Part shown: positions 41,832-53,613 of the stretch, piece by piece
How positions within the stretch are numbered: position 1 is the stretch's first letter
Layout of the letters: each line of letters starts with the position of its first letter
Assembly: GCA_946965045.2 (NCBI GenBank)
Contig: OX337228.1
Coordinates: 5,084,001-5,148,000 of the forward strand
Direction of reading: 5' to 3'
Length of the DNA: 64,000 nt
DNA from: Epithemia pelagica
Lineage: Eukaryota > Protista > Bacillariophyta
Notes under the pieces: model-generated
Told to the model about the DNA's origin: nothing
Database searches by the model: none
The model's input: the letters and a program-made list of their open reading frames with translations, nothing else
Made by a program: the position numbers and the translations under genes

Positions 41832-42827
41832 ATGGAGCTCATTCCATCCTCATCATCAGATGACATGGCGTCTATGAAGCGCTCTTTATTATCCGATCCA
41901 GACGAAGCGGCCTTGGGCGGTATTGTCTGCGTAGATGACCCACAGCTCGTGGTAAACCCAAATGACTTCCGAGACGTACATGAGAACGACGTAGAAGCTG
42001 ACAATTCGAGACATCAGTCAAGCCCAGATGAATACTTCGGTGATGTAGAGGGTGACGAAAATGATATTCCTTTTGCCGTGGCATGCATAGAACCACTTCT
42101 ACCAAATACTGGAGAAGAAAGCAGAGAGGAAACTCGTGAATGTGAGGAAGGCATTGCTGCCCAACCAGTGGTAGACTTTCGCCATAGTCAGTCATCAATC
42201 ATGAGACCTGAATTCCTCTTGGCCACTGCTATTAAACCAAGCCTAGACAGTCCAATTGGATTGACATTCAAGAAGAAGAATGGAGGAGTTTACCTATCTC
42301 GTGTGAGTAAGGATGGTCTCTTTCACAAGTCCGGATTTCAATGTGGTGATAGGGTTGTTGCGGTGAACAATGTTAGCTGCATCGAAGCACCTCTACGTAT
42401 GATAAGGGACATGATTGAGAAGTCTGAGAGTGATATTTCTATATGTGTTCGAAATAAGTACGGTGACCCACATTCGGTGCTCACAAGCGTCCAGAAACCA
42501 AGCAGAGACTCCAAACTTGGGATATGCTTCCAGGTGCGCCGCGGAGCCCTTACAGTATCCAGAGTTCGACCAAACAGCCTGTTCGCCAACAGTTTGTTGA
42601 TGCCCGATCACCGATGTATGATGATTAACGGCCAAGCCTGTGAAAGCATGGGTTCGCATGAAGCCGCCGCCCTTACAGCGGACGCTGAGCGCGTCACGAT
42701 TGTTAGCCGAGCACGCGGTGATCTGGCCATCGTCCTCGCCGTTGGAGAAGTTCGACGTTGGTCCGCCGTCGCTCTTGGTGCTGGTGTTGCGGCTGCAGCC
42801 CTCAGCGCATTCGGGTCGGTGAGTTAG
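41832..42827 (+). CDS. Tandem PDZ-domain protein with a C-terminal hydrophobic tail
   Basis: KPSLDSPIGLTF...VSKDGLF...GDRVVAVN and KPSRDSKLGICF...VRPNSLF...MING. Ends VALGAGVAAAALSAFG. Confidence 0.8.
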   Translation: MELIPSSSSDDMASMKRSLLSDPDEAALGGIVCVDDPQLVVNPNDFRDVHENDVEADNSRHQSSPDEYFGDVEGDENDIPFAVACIEPLLPNTGEESREETRECEEGIAAQPVVDFRHSQSSIMRPEFLLATAIKPSLDSPIGLTFKKKNGGVYLSRVSKDGLFHKSGFQCGDRVVAVNNVSCIEAPLRMIRDMIEKSESDISICVRNKYGDPHSVLTSVQKPSRDSKLGICFQVRRGALTVSRVRPNSLFANSLLMPDHRCMMINGQACESMGSHEAAALTADAERVTIVSRARGDLAIVLAVGEVRRWSAVALGAGVAAAALSAFGSVS

Positions 42828-43180
42828 GGAAACAACACTGACCATCGATCGGTCCGTTATTCAATACGCTGAGATATGATCACGAACGTTCGTGATTGGT
42901 ATCGAGCACTAACGTAAGAATCTATATATGGCCATCGTCATGATAGAAACTTTAAACAGAGAGAAATCTATGATTATTCGCCTTTCTACGGATATCTTGT
43001 TCCAGCCACGCCTTCTAGCCAGCCTACCTAGGTAGGAGTAGGTAGGTAGGCTAACTTCGACTAGCCGATGCTACTCACACACCTCAACACATACTCCTAG
43101 TGGGAGTCTTGGAGGGACACAAAACCATAACCACCGATCCTCGCATTGTTCTTAACCATCGAATCCAAAGAATCAACATC

Positions 43181-43708
43181 ATGTCATCTACTCTGTTATT
43201 TGTCATCGTCGGTCGAAATGAACCCTTGTATGAAGCAGAATTCCATAAACGCGGGGGAACAGGGGCAAGCTCAGACGCCGCCACACGACAAAACTATTTT
43301 GTTCTCCATTCAGCTTTGGATCTGGTAGAGAAGGCGGCTTGGGCAACGAGTGGAATGTATCTGAAAGTGGTGGATAAGGCAAGTTATCTGTTGAGTCCGT
43401 AGCAATTTGATGGTGGCTTTCTCAGTGTTTTCTAAATCCATTTACTCCACTGTGCTTTGAATGAACCGTCACTTCATCAGGTCAATAATCAGCATGTATC
43501 CACATTCCTTACGGCTGGTAACGTCAAGTTGTTGCTGCTTCACAGTGGAAGAAGCGAAGATAGTATTCGACATTTCTTTCAAGATGTATATGAACTTTAT
43601 GTCAAGTTATTCATGAATCCATTCTATCGCTATGATACACCAATCAAATCTAGTGAGTTCGACACGCGCGTAAGGGCTGTGGCAAGAAGATATCTTCTTC
43701 AGTCATAA
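43181..43708 (+). CDS. TRAPPC2: TRAPP complex subunit 2 (sedlin/Trs20), 2 exons with a GC-AG intron
   Basis: FVIVGRNEPLYE, FVLHSALDLVE, MYLKVVDK|VNNQHVSTFLTAGNVKLLLLH, FFQDVYELYVKLFMNPFY. Intron 43379-43480. Confidence 0.93.
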
Positions 43709-43863
43709 ATTTTCATTGTTGGACGGAGCATCAAAGCTGCTACGGTAGTCATTACAATTGTCACTTGTTGGTGGAGCGTCAAAGTTGCCAGGGATGATTG
43801 TCGTCCATGCCAAGAACTCAATAGAGGCGGGTAGGAGTAGAGAGACATACCGTAGGTAATCAA

Positions 43864-45519
43864 CTAGTTCCACGTAATGACAAGATCAAATGAAACCCAG
43901 TCCGCTTCATTGTCCCCCTTGGTCACTTTTTGGATAAGTGATGATTCCCATGAACCGTTGCCTGTTTCCAGCTGAAGCGTCAGCGGTACCGCCACTGCAT
44001 GGTTCTCTTTAGTGGCTGGTCCAGCAGCGTTGGCCAAGGCCAACTCAAAGTAAGCCGTAGAGGCACTAGAGGCCACCAGCCGCATTTCGGATTCCATGGA
44101 ACCTTCGCTGCTTTTGGTCGTATCAAAATCACCTAGTTCCCAGTTCTTAACTCGGTCGGGGACTTCAGTGGACTTTCCGCCGAGCTCGATAAAACTATCC
44201 TCTGCTGACTGAAGCTCGACCGATTCCGTCTGTCTCATTTTCGTAGAAAGTTCTGTTCTTAGTTCCAAGTTCATGTGCACCTGAAAAATATCGTCGACAA
44301 GCAGATCCGATATCAAGAAATTTCGTTTTGTGTTGTCCTCCCAGTCCTTTTCTCCTTGATAGGATGATGTGGCGAATCGAAGACGCACAGGGCCTAGGGT
44401 TGGATTGGTCACTTTTATCAGAAACACTCGGTAACTGGATTTTGTCCCGTGTTTCAAAACCCCTATACGAGGCATTACATGAATGGCGCTGGAGTCCTTT
44501 AAAATGAGGAAAAGCGGAACCGTCAGAATAGCGATTAACAGAAACAATGGTTTTCTTGGAAACAAGCCATTTTATCGTACCTTCTTCCACCACTGACCGT
44601 GTCCTGTTCTTTGGAACAGACTGCTATCACCTTCCAAAGGATTAAGCTTAGGTTTCAGAAGGATACCCGGTCGGCCCTCTTCGAGTTCCGCTCGACATCT
44701 TCTGCTCAAACGGGCGCGGAGGGGCATTGGAAGCGGAATCAAGTCATTTTTCGAAGCACGTTTGTTTTCTGAAGCAAGCACTGAATTCAAAGATTGCAGT
44801 TCAAGAGCCAGCTGAGACGTATCCTTGAGGGATTCATCAGGCGTGGCAACATGGCTGTCTAACGGCGTGTGTTCGACATTGATATCGACTATTGCCGAGA
44901 CCTGATTGTGAGATTTGATTATATTTTTCCTTTCTTGCAAGGAAGCCTCCAATGTTTCGACGGACCATCCCTCTGGACCGTCATTTCGTCGTGTCGTCGA
45001 TGCAAACAAGCTTTCTTGTTTAACCCTCTTCTGCCATCCAAGCGTGAAAGATTTCGCTAGCTCATCGAGCGAAGACCGTGACGTCTCCCTTCGAGACATG
45101 AGTTGACTACCAAGTTCCTCCAAGGCCCTGGAAAGTTCCAGGCGACTAAGGCTACCATCGTCAAGTTGATTCACCGTTTGGGTAAGACCACATCCACGAG
45201 AGTCCCAAGAACAGAATCCACAATTGTAGAAACAGAGACTCCCTTCCACATTTAATGTAAGAGAGCTGAGACACATTGGACATCTCTGGCAAGACGCCTT
45301 TGGACAGAAACCCAACCGTGCTGCTGTATCCGCATCATATGGAGTCAAACAGTGCCCACAAAAAGCCGAATCTATTTCGGTCGAAGTCGAAGGCGGAAAT
45401 CGTTCAACAGATGATGACAGTCTCCTCGCTCCAGTGGCATGATAACACGAAGATAACGGAGATGGATGTCCTTGGTGATCGACGTACAAAACGTAGACCT
45501 TTGACGGCGTAAGCAACAT
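43864..45519 (-). CDS. DCTN4: Dynactin p62 subunit-like, 2 exons
   Basis: N-terminal Cys pairs (FCGHCL, CQRCPMC, CGFCSW), LIPLPMPLRARLSRRC, LLKPKLNP, and intron 44580-44497 followed by SAIHVMPRI...KVTNP. Confidence 0.75.
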
Positions 45520-45740
45520 GGCAAGGGCGATATGAGCAAAAGGAACAGCAACTGTCCTATGGGAGCGTGATATATCATTATTTTATCACGATTTTGCGCA
45601 CGTGGTCTGACGTGGCACAAAATTTTCGTGATGAAATGAAAAATGAATATCATGTGCAGCATGATATTCTAATTCACCTTGGCGGCCACAAAACAACAAC
45701 AACACAAAAGAACACAACCGCCGATCCGAACAAGTCCACC

Positions 45741-47223
45741 ATGGAGCTTCCTGTAGCTGCAGTTCCAGAGGAGGAAATTGGTACTGTTCAGGGTAGTGAT
45801 GTTGCAACAACCTCTGAGGTTGCCGGAATAGCAACGTTGCGTCTGTCGAATGGACAGCCGCAGCTCAAGTTGATTGAGACAACAACTGCGCTCGCAAGCA
45901 ATGTTGTTGTGCTTAACAATGTTTACGGGGAATGGACTCCACCGTCATCTCTCGAGATATTTGATACAGACGGCGATGCCGTTATTGCAGAAACTTTTTC
46001 GGGAATTGGTATAGGTTATTTCATTCGTTACGACGGGAAAAGGTTTCAGTGCACAGAGTCACTTCCGCCCGTCCTGCAAGAGCAACCGCGCGTTGTAACC
46101 CGGCCTCCTGTTCAGCCTCCACACCTGGAGAAGGTAGCGGAGCAGCAAAAGGTGCGTTTTTTATTGTAACCATTTAGTCTTCTCGTGTCCCATCCACCGC
46201 ACGCCGCTCACACTAGCCCTGGAGCAGCCGCAGCAACATCAACAGCAGCTTAATGACGCGGCCGTGGGAGCTGTGAAGCGAGAAGCTGATTCTTTTCTAC
46301 AGAAATATGAACCCCTGCTTGAACTTGCAAAACAAGAACTGGAATCAAAAACGGAACACAAGGCCATGTCGGAAGCTTCCTATGAATTTGCCCGGACTCT
46401 TCTGAGCGATCGGAACATCCTTGTGAAAATAGAGCCTGTCAACATGGAGGAAGGACACACCCCGGACCCTCTCCTCTACCGATGGACTGTAGACACAAAG
46501 GACAATGTCACCTTGAAGAAAGGAGAGCACCAAGGGACTCCTGGTGCGAAAGACTGGTTCACTCATAATTTCCTTCAAGGAGAGGACAAGTCAGGGTTTG
46601 GTCTTCGGGTCGTAACTGGCCAATTCCTTCCAACCATCAAAGGAGATCGGAAAAGCGTTCGTGGGAAGGGTGATCTTGTAATTGGAAAAACCGCGGAATT
46701 GATGATCGCGGGCTCACCGTATGATCACGCCTATGGTTTGGTAGAACTCCAAACAAACGAATATCCTCTCAAACTAGGGCAGAATGTACTAGAACTCACG
46801 GCCCTTTTCATCATTAGCCGGTTTGGACAAAACGTGGCTCTGCTCGCCACCGATTGCAACTGCAAATGGGAATTATACTTTTTTTTTGATGCGAGAACAA
46901 TTCATCGAAGGGCCTACAAGCATGGTCGCAAGTGTTGGGAAGATTTCAAGCACTTGCTTGACAGTATCGAAACCAGGAATATCCAAGAACCACCCCGGAA
47001 AAGGGGCAAGCAGACCCTGCCATCCACCGCGGAAGTTCAGGAGAGCGAACAAGACTTAGCTGGGTTTGAAGGCGATCATGAAGAGGATGGGAAGACGAAA
47101 GCTCTTGAGCGGCATGCCATGCTTCAAAACTTGGCAAATCACCTCGAGGGCATCTATGGAGAACGTCCTTCGATTCCTTTCTGGGCACGAGCGGAAGCAA
47201 CATGTCCCGATTACTATCTGTGA
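45741..47223 (+). CDS. Hypothetical protein with a C-terminal PD-(D/E)xK restriction-endonuclease-like domain (Crinkler-type architecture suspected); probably 2 exons
   Basis: Two adjacent ORFs. Donor GT at 46152; an in-frame join needs the CAG acceptor at 46227. The C-terminal part has RGKGDLVI...GLVELQT...QNVLEL...LLATDCNCKWELYFF. Confidence 0.55.
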
Positions 47224-49665
47224 GACATAATCAAATCGTGGTATGTGGCATCACGGTCGATCGCAAGTCATGCAGAATGACAGTGACTAACGCAAATGGT
47301 GCAGCAAAAGACTTCCAAGTTTAGCCAGTCCAAATGAAACCAACTGGCCCAATCTAGACAAGAACAAGCTATTCTCCGATATCAACAAATTGCGCCCTTA
47401 TCGCAAGGATTTCAACTGTAATCTCCGCCGTTGCCGAGGCGTGCGTTGTCGCTGCGACTGTCTCGACGGAACCATCCGCGACGATTCCAGTCTTCGTGGG
47501 AGAGTCCGAAGGTTTGGCACCTTGGATCTTCGTCGTTTCTGATAAAGAAACAGACGTCTCTGTCCTGAACCTTGCTCTGTCCACATTGACAATCTTCAAA
47601 TATAGTGTTCCGATCAATCTGTTGGCTTCTTTCTTAGATGGATCAAATGCATCAAGTTTCTCTCCATTTATTTCTCCTACAATGAACGTTGTTACCAAAT
47701 CTGTCGTCAAGACGGTCGGTGCGTCCAAAAGGGTAGTTCATGCCGTGCATGACTTTGTTACGACATCGACAACAGACGACGATGCTTCGTTAGAGAAACG
47801 ATGGAAATAACTAAACCTTGGAACGAAAACGACGTGCAATATTGAAACGCGTGGTTCTATCGTGTCTGCCGACATAATCAAGATATTTTTGCGGAGCTAT
47901 CCGAGCTCGTCTCGCAACTGAAAATAGACTAAAGGACCATCATCACCTGGCACAACAGCAATCAACCTGATGGTTGTCGCTTCTTCAAAGCTGGATGCTT
48001 TCTCTTTCCCATCAAGGATAATCTGCTGATCCTCCCAGTGATATTGGATCGCGACACTGCTGGTTCCCATGAACACCCCATAAACCCGTCACTAGTCGTT
48101 ATTCTCCAATGGCTGTGTAATATGTTGTTTGTTGATGGGTGTAGGTAGTTGTCGGATTGTTGTCGTGTGTTGTTATAGCTCCTGTTGCCGTTGTTGCCGT
48201 TGTTGTTTTTCATTGGATCATCAATCTGTTTAATTGTCGTTTGTTCTCATCCTTCATGGATCAGCACCACGATTTGGCCTTGCTGTTGGGGTGTGTCGTT
48301 GTGGTTATCACCATTGTCACCCTGCGTAAATCCGCACCATTGACTGTTGTGTCATTGCTGTCATGATCATCCACATTGTTGGTTGATGCAGCAAACTGTG
48401 ACTGATTGTTGTGTCGGATGTGTCGTTGCCATCTTCGTCACCATTGATGTGGCAAACTGTGGCTTTCAACTCCATGCTATCGACAATCGACATCGGTCGA
48501 TTCGGACGTCGAGAGGATGAACTTGCACAGAAGTGGGTCACATAGTATGTCTGTGAATGAAAGCTTAACTGAACGTTGCAAAAAAGAATCGTTTTTTTCG
48601 TCTATAGTCGATTAAGGCGATTGTTGGTCTGAAGTGTGACTGCGAAAATTTGTGAGCAGTAAGGTTCCATCAGTACTGGTGCTGTCTCTTGATCTATTGT
48701 CTCTTACTCAATCTATTGCCAGCAGAGTAAAAGAGGGACTGTGGCTGGAAACAGAAACAGTAAGACTTTCAATGAGAGAGGATATCCCTCTCTCGAATGC
48801 AGTCCTCATTGGGATGGAAAATGGAACCCGTCGATCGATGTCGATGTAGAAATGATGTGTGAATGAACAGGATTCGAGAAATGAGAAAAACTGCATCCAA
48901 CGGGTCATTGTGGTTCTACTAAAACTACGTCGCCATGAAAAATTCTAGCTGGAGACATATCAGTAATGTCGAAAGCAATGTCATAGGGGTATCAATATTT
49001 ACTTTTCAGTAGAGATATCAGTGTCTTACACATGTCGACAAAGACAGATTATATGCGGTCCAAAGCGCTCGAGAGTCATGCTTGGTGACTACAAGTGTGT
49101 TTCAGTCTGTTTGAGTTTGACTCTACTGTGACTGGAAGGACGAATGAATAATGCCTTACGTTTAAGCCCAATCGTCATGGTTACGCAGCCCAGTAGACAA
49201 TCCTAACTCTATGACCCAATACCCATTGTTTCTGGCGAAAGATGGACGAGCTTCACGAATCAAGAACCCGCTATCTCTACCGATGCGTAATAGTTACTCC
49301 TAGTAGGATAGGACTAAGAATAACAAGAGTCCGAGCTCGCAATATCGGAACTGATAGAAGAGTACTACGTCGTCTCAAACGTCTATACGCTGAATTGTTC
49401 TAGGAGTATTTTCACTGGGCTCCTGCTCTGACCAACGACCAAAGAACATCGAACCCCACCCTTTTGTCCAACCGTAGTACACTTTCTTCAGTTTCATTGA
49501 AGACTAAGGAAAAGCAGCACTGCTCTCTGTCGAGTTGTGGACAAACGACACACTTTATAACTTTTCTTATTTGTTGGCAAAGTAAGGTCTCATAAAAATA
49601 GAGCCTCGCGAGTCCGACATACCGATATTGTTACGTTGTATTCATTCAAAAGAGACCTTGAGACA

Positions 49666-50596
49666 ATGGTTGATCGCGGCTCCTTTAGCAAGATGAATCA
49701 GGACCTCAGCTTTGTCGATGAAAAGCTACTCACGTTCATTCCGGTAAACAAAACCAGACTACCAGTGGACTTTCAACCCAATGAATGGACAGTGATTTGT
49801 GGGCGGGGCAAATCCTCATTCAATCATGGTATGTATACACGCACCTTGGCAACACAAACGCCATGAAATACTGCAAAGTCCCTCAGCTCACACCATCAAT
49901 CTCATTCTCCCCAACATTGTTCTTTCTCATTCCCAGTTGGCAATAGAAGATTTCGTATACTCTGCGAAATCAACGGCGATACATACGAGCGAGCTTCCAC
50001 CAAAACGGAAAAGTCATTGATCGTAATGAATATGGTTGATACCGTACGGGAAGCGAGTCGAATGGGTGGATTCGCCAAACAGGTACGTAGTCCGGCATGT
50101 GGATTATGAAAGGATAGCTCCTGTGAGCCGATTCGTCTCAACGTTCCTCTTGTGTTCTCTCCCTCACACACAACAGGACCCCCAAACCAAGGAATGGTTT
50201 GAAGTCAGCGACAATGTCGCTCGAGAAAAAGTAGGTCAGCAACTCCGAGAGAATCTTGCCAAGAAGAATGGTTTTAGGCAATGCCGGTCCAATAGTTTGA
50301 AATCATTGAAGCGCCACTCAGCTTCGTCTCTGTCGTCGTCAGCCACGTCACTGAGACGAGAATCCATGGCCTCGCATGCCAGCGGTTTCACTTCCTGTAG
50401 TTCTTCTTGTGCTTCCGAAGAAGATGAGTTTCCTCCCGTTACATTACTACCCGATTCTTCTGCTCCGTGTGCCACCGATTTACATGCATCCATTCTCATG
50501 GAATGTGGTGTCGATGATGAAGAATTGAGCATGGCAATGGAAGATCCCAATGAGTTCTTTACTGCCACCATGACCACTGCTACTGCTACCATGTAA
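49666..50596 (+). CDS. DUF6824-domain putative transcription regulator, 3 exons
   Basis: Introns 49829-49936 and 50083-50176. Spliced VICGRGKSSFNH|VGNRRFR...KTEKSLIV...GGFAKQ|DPQTKEWFEVSDNVAREKVGQQLRE. Confidence 0.9.
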
Positions 50597-51549
50597 TCCG
50601 TTGTTGGGTACAAAGTCTGGTGTGGCAAAACAAGCGGTCCACCCCCACAAGTCCCATTCTGAACGAGTTCCTTTTTTTGTCGATTTTTTTTTGCGCTCAA
50701 GTTTGCTTTTTCGTCTCACATTCACGAGAACGAGGAAAAGCCTTCCACAAAATTTTTTCCATTCGTAATTTAGTTTTTGAATCCTTTACAGTTGTGCTTT
50801 CGCTCCTGGGAGAAACTGTTGGTTCCGTCACTGGCATTCCTCCAAGTCGCAAGGATATGCCCGATCTGTAAGCCCCATGGAATACACATGTCATATAATC
50901 TTGACTTCATCTCTTTGATATCTCCCACCCTGTATTTAGATCCTGTATATGCACCCCTCTTTGGGGGACGGTCTTTAGAAAAAGTCATGATTCAACTGGA
51001 CCTTTTGATCTTTGATATCGTTCCTCCATCTTTGTAAGCTCCCATCATGCGTCCATGATCCTGAATATCCGTTCCCAATGACGCTCGTCTTTCAATAGAG
51101 CACGTTGTCCGATCGCATGGAAATGACAGGATGTCTCATATCTTTGATGCATTAGTAGATTTGGAGTGGTTGAGGCGAGCTTTTCCTTTCCCAAAGCTGT
51201 CGCTGTCATGAGCCGCAGAATGGCCGAAATGGCGAAAAGTGAGAGGGAACGAGAAGTGTGTCCGAACCGGAGGAGTCGCCACGCGCACCCGGCTCAGACA
51301 CAGTTCTACTGTCATCGAAATAGTAGGGAGTCGCCGCACAACCACGAATCAGTGCGATCTCCGATCCCTGCGAATCCCATGTCTCAGTCCCATGTCGCAT
51401 GTCGCATCTCGAGGGTCGACAACCGAAGATGGACAGACGAACATCCTCAGCCATCAAAGATCAAGGTAGATCAAGGTATCTTTTCTCGTTTTTCTTGCGG
51501 AAACCCGTTGTTGTTACAGTCGTCGTCGTCGTCGTCATCATCATCGTCC

Positions 51550-53454
51550 ATGTCGTCGTCGTTGAGCCAACAAAATGTGGTGGCATGTGTGGGAGGTGGT
51601 CAATTGGGCCGTATGATGGCGTTGGAGGCCCCTCGGTTGGGGATTTCCATGTATTTTCTCGATGCTCAAGCAAGTGCGTCTCCGGCTGGACAAACGGTGC
51701 CATCGAATCGCGTGGTGAAGGGGCACATTAAGGATGCCGAGGCCATTCAACAATTGTGGACGACGGCATCACAAGGAGATTTGAGTGGTGCTGAATCGTC
51801 GTCGTCGTCGGTTGCCACCAAGAGCCCAACCCGAAATTTGGTCGTGACGGTGGAAATTGAACACATTAATGTCCAAGCCATGGCGGCCTTGGAAGCCCAA
51901 GGTGTCAATGTCCAGCCGAGTTCTCGTGTGTTGCAAATCATCCAAGACAAGTTGGTGCAAAAACAACATTTCCAAGAGCATAGAATTCGCGTCCCCACCT
52001 TTTGTGCCACACCATCCGTGGCCGCCATTCAACAAGCTGCTCAGCAGTTGGGTCTCCCATTAATGCTCAAAACACGACGCGGAGGCTACGATGGAAAAGG
52101 AAACGCCGTTCTTCGTTCCAATTCCGCTCAAGATATTCAACAAGCCCTCCACGAACTGGGTGTAAAAGCGGAAGCGATGGACGACCAACAACAACAAACC
52201 GAATTGGATCTTTACGCCGAAGGGTGGATTGACTTTGCATGCGAAATTGCCGTCATGGTAGTACGATCGGCAAAGCAACCAGATTCGGCAGATCAACAGC
52301 CCGAAACAGCTTGTTACCCCGCCGTTAGTGCCATTCAACAAAACTCGATTTGTCGTGTCGTTCTCGCACCGGCCCAACACGTCTCGGAATCGATCCGTGC
52401 CCAAGCGCAACAGTTGGCCGTCCAGGCGGTAGAGTCCTTGGGAGAGGGTGCAAGTGGCATGTTTGGTGTGGAACTCTTTGTCACCAAACCCACGGACCAG
52501 GACCCAACACCACGTGTCTTGGTCAACGAAATTGCCCCCCGACCTCATAATACGGGTCATTACACACAAGATGCTTGTGCGGTCAGCCAATTTGAAAATC
52601 ATTTGCGTGCCATTTGTGGATTGCCATTGGGTAATACCCAAATGGTTGTGGAAGCAGCCGCCATGGTCAATGTTTTGGGGGCCGCCACTGGGTCCATGGA
52701 AGATACGCTGAAGTCGTCGCAGGCCGCCATGTCCATGAAAGGTGCTACAGTTCACTGGTATGGCAAGGAGAGTTGTCGACCTGGTAGGAAAATGGGTCAT
52801 GTCAATCTCACGGGACAATCCTATGCCGAACTCAATGAGAATCTCTCGCAATTGTTGGCACTCGAGGCAATCCCCGTCTCGTTGTTACCGGCAGGAGGAA
52901 AGCTCCTGGGTTCCAGTCCCTTGGTGGGCGTCGTTATGGGTTCCCAAAGTGATTTGCCCACCATGGATGCGGCGATACAAATTTTAAAAAAGTTTGGTGT
53001 ATCCTACGAAGTTGACATTGTATCGGCGCATCGGACTCCCGACAAACTCATGGACTACAGTCGATCCGCCGCCGGACGAGGGCTACGAGTCATTGTCGCG
53101 GGAGCCGGGGGAGCAGCTCATTTGCCTGGAATGATTGCCTCCATGACACCCTTGCCAGTGATTGGAGTTCCAGTCAAGACATCGACCCTCAGTGGTGTCG
53201 ATTCCTTGTACTCCATTGTCCAAATGCCACGAGGAGTTCCGGTGGCGACAGTGGCCATTGGCAATGCCATGAATGCGGGATTGTTGGCCGTCCGAATGTT
53301 GGCCACAAACCGACCAGAATTGCGACAAAAAATGGCGGCGTATCAAATGGATATGAAGTCCACGGTGGATCAATCGTCGGAACGACTGTTGGAGTTGGGA
53401 AGTGATGCCTTTTTGCAACAAATGGAAACAAAAAGCACGTCGGTCAATATTTAA
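51550..53454 (+). CDS. ADE2: Phosphoribosylaminoimidazole carboxylase, PurK-PurE fusion
   Basis: [51 protein letters not shown], then [42 protein letters not shown]. The start is uncertain because the ORF is open to 51166. Confidence 0.96.
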   Translation: MSSSLSQQNVVACVGGGQLGRMMALEAPRLGISMYFLDAQASASPAGQTVPSNRVVKGHIKDAEAIQQLWTTASQGDLSGAESSSSSVATKSPTRNLVVTVEIEHINVQAMAALEAQGVNVQPSSRVLQIIQDKLVQKQHFQEHRIRVPTFCATPSVAAIQQAAQQLGLPLMLKTRRGGYDGKGNAVLRSNSAQDIQQALHELGVKAEAMDDQQQQTELDLYAEGWIDFACEIAVMVVRSAKQPDSADQQPETACYPAVSAIQQNSICRVVLAPAQHVSESIRAQAQQLAVQAVESLGEGASGMFGVELFVTKPTDQDPTPRVLVNEIAPRPHNTGHYTQDACAVSQFENHLRAICGLPLGNTQMVVEAAAMVNVLGAATGSMEDTLKSSQAAMSMKGATVHWYGKESCRPGRKMGHVNLTGQSYAELNENLSQLLALEAIPVSLLPAGGKLLGSSPLVGVVMGSQSDLPTMDAAIQILKKFGVSYEVDIVSAHRTPDKLMDYSRSAAGRGLRVIVAGAGGAAHLPGMIASMTPLPVIGVPVKTSTLSGVDSLYSIVQMPRGVPVATVAIGNAMNAGLLAVRMLATNRPELRQKMAAYQMDMKSTVDQSSERLLELGSDAFLQQMETKSTSVNI

Positions 53455-53613
53455 CTGTGGGGAAAAGCAGTAAAACACCAGTCACACTCGGTCCAATCAA
53501 GAGAAATAATCGCGTTTCCGCTTGTGTCGGTACATGAATCTAGAATTAATGGTACAGATTCATCGTATCAGTTAGCTCTGCACATTGAATTGTCTGAGAT
53601 CCAGTCGATTACT

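Noticed and set aside
48950-49400. TA-CAGT-like starts suggesting a MITE
   Set aside because: No matching inverted end could be found by eye.
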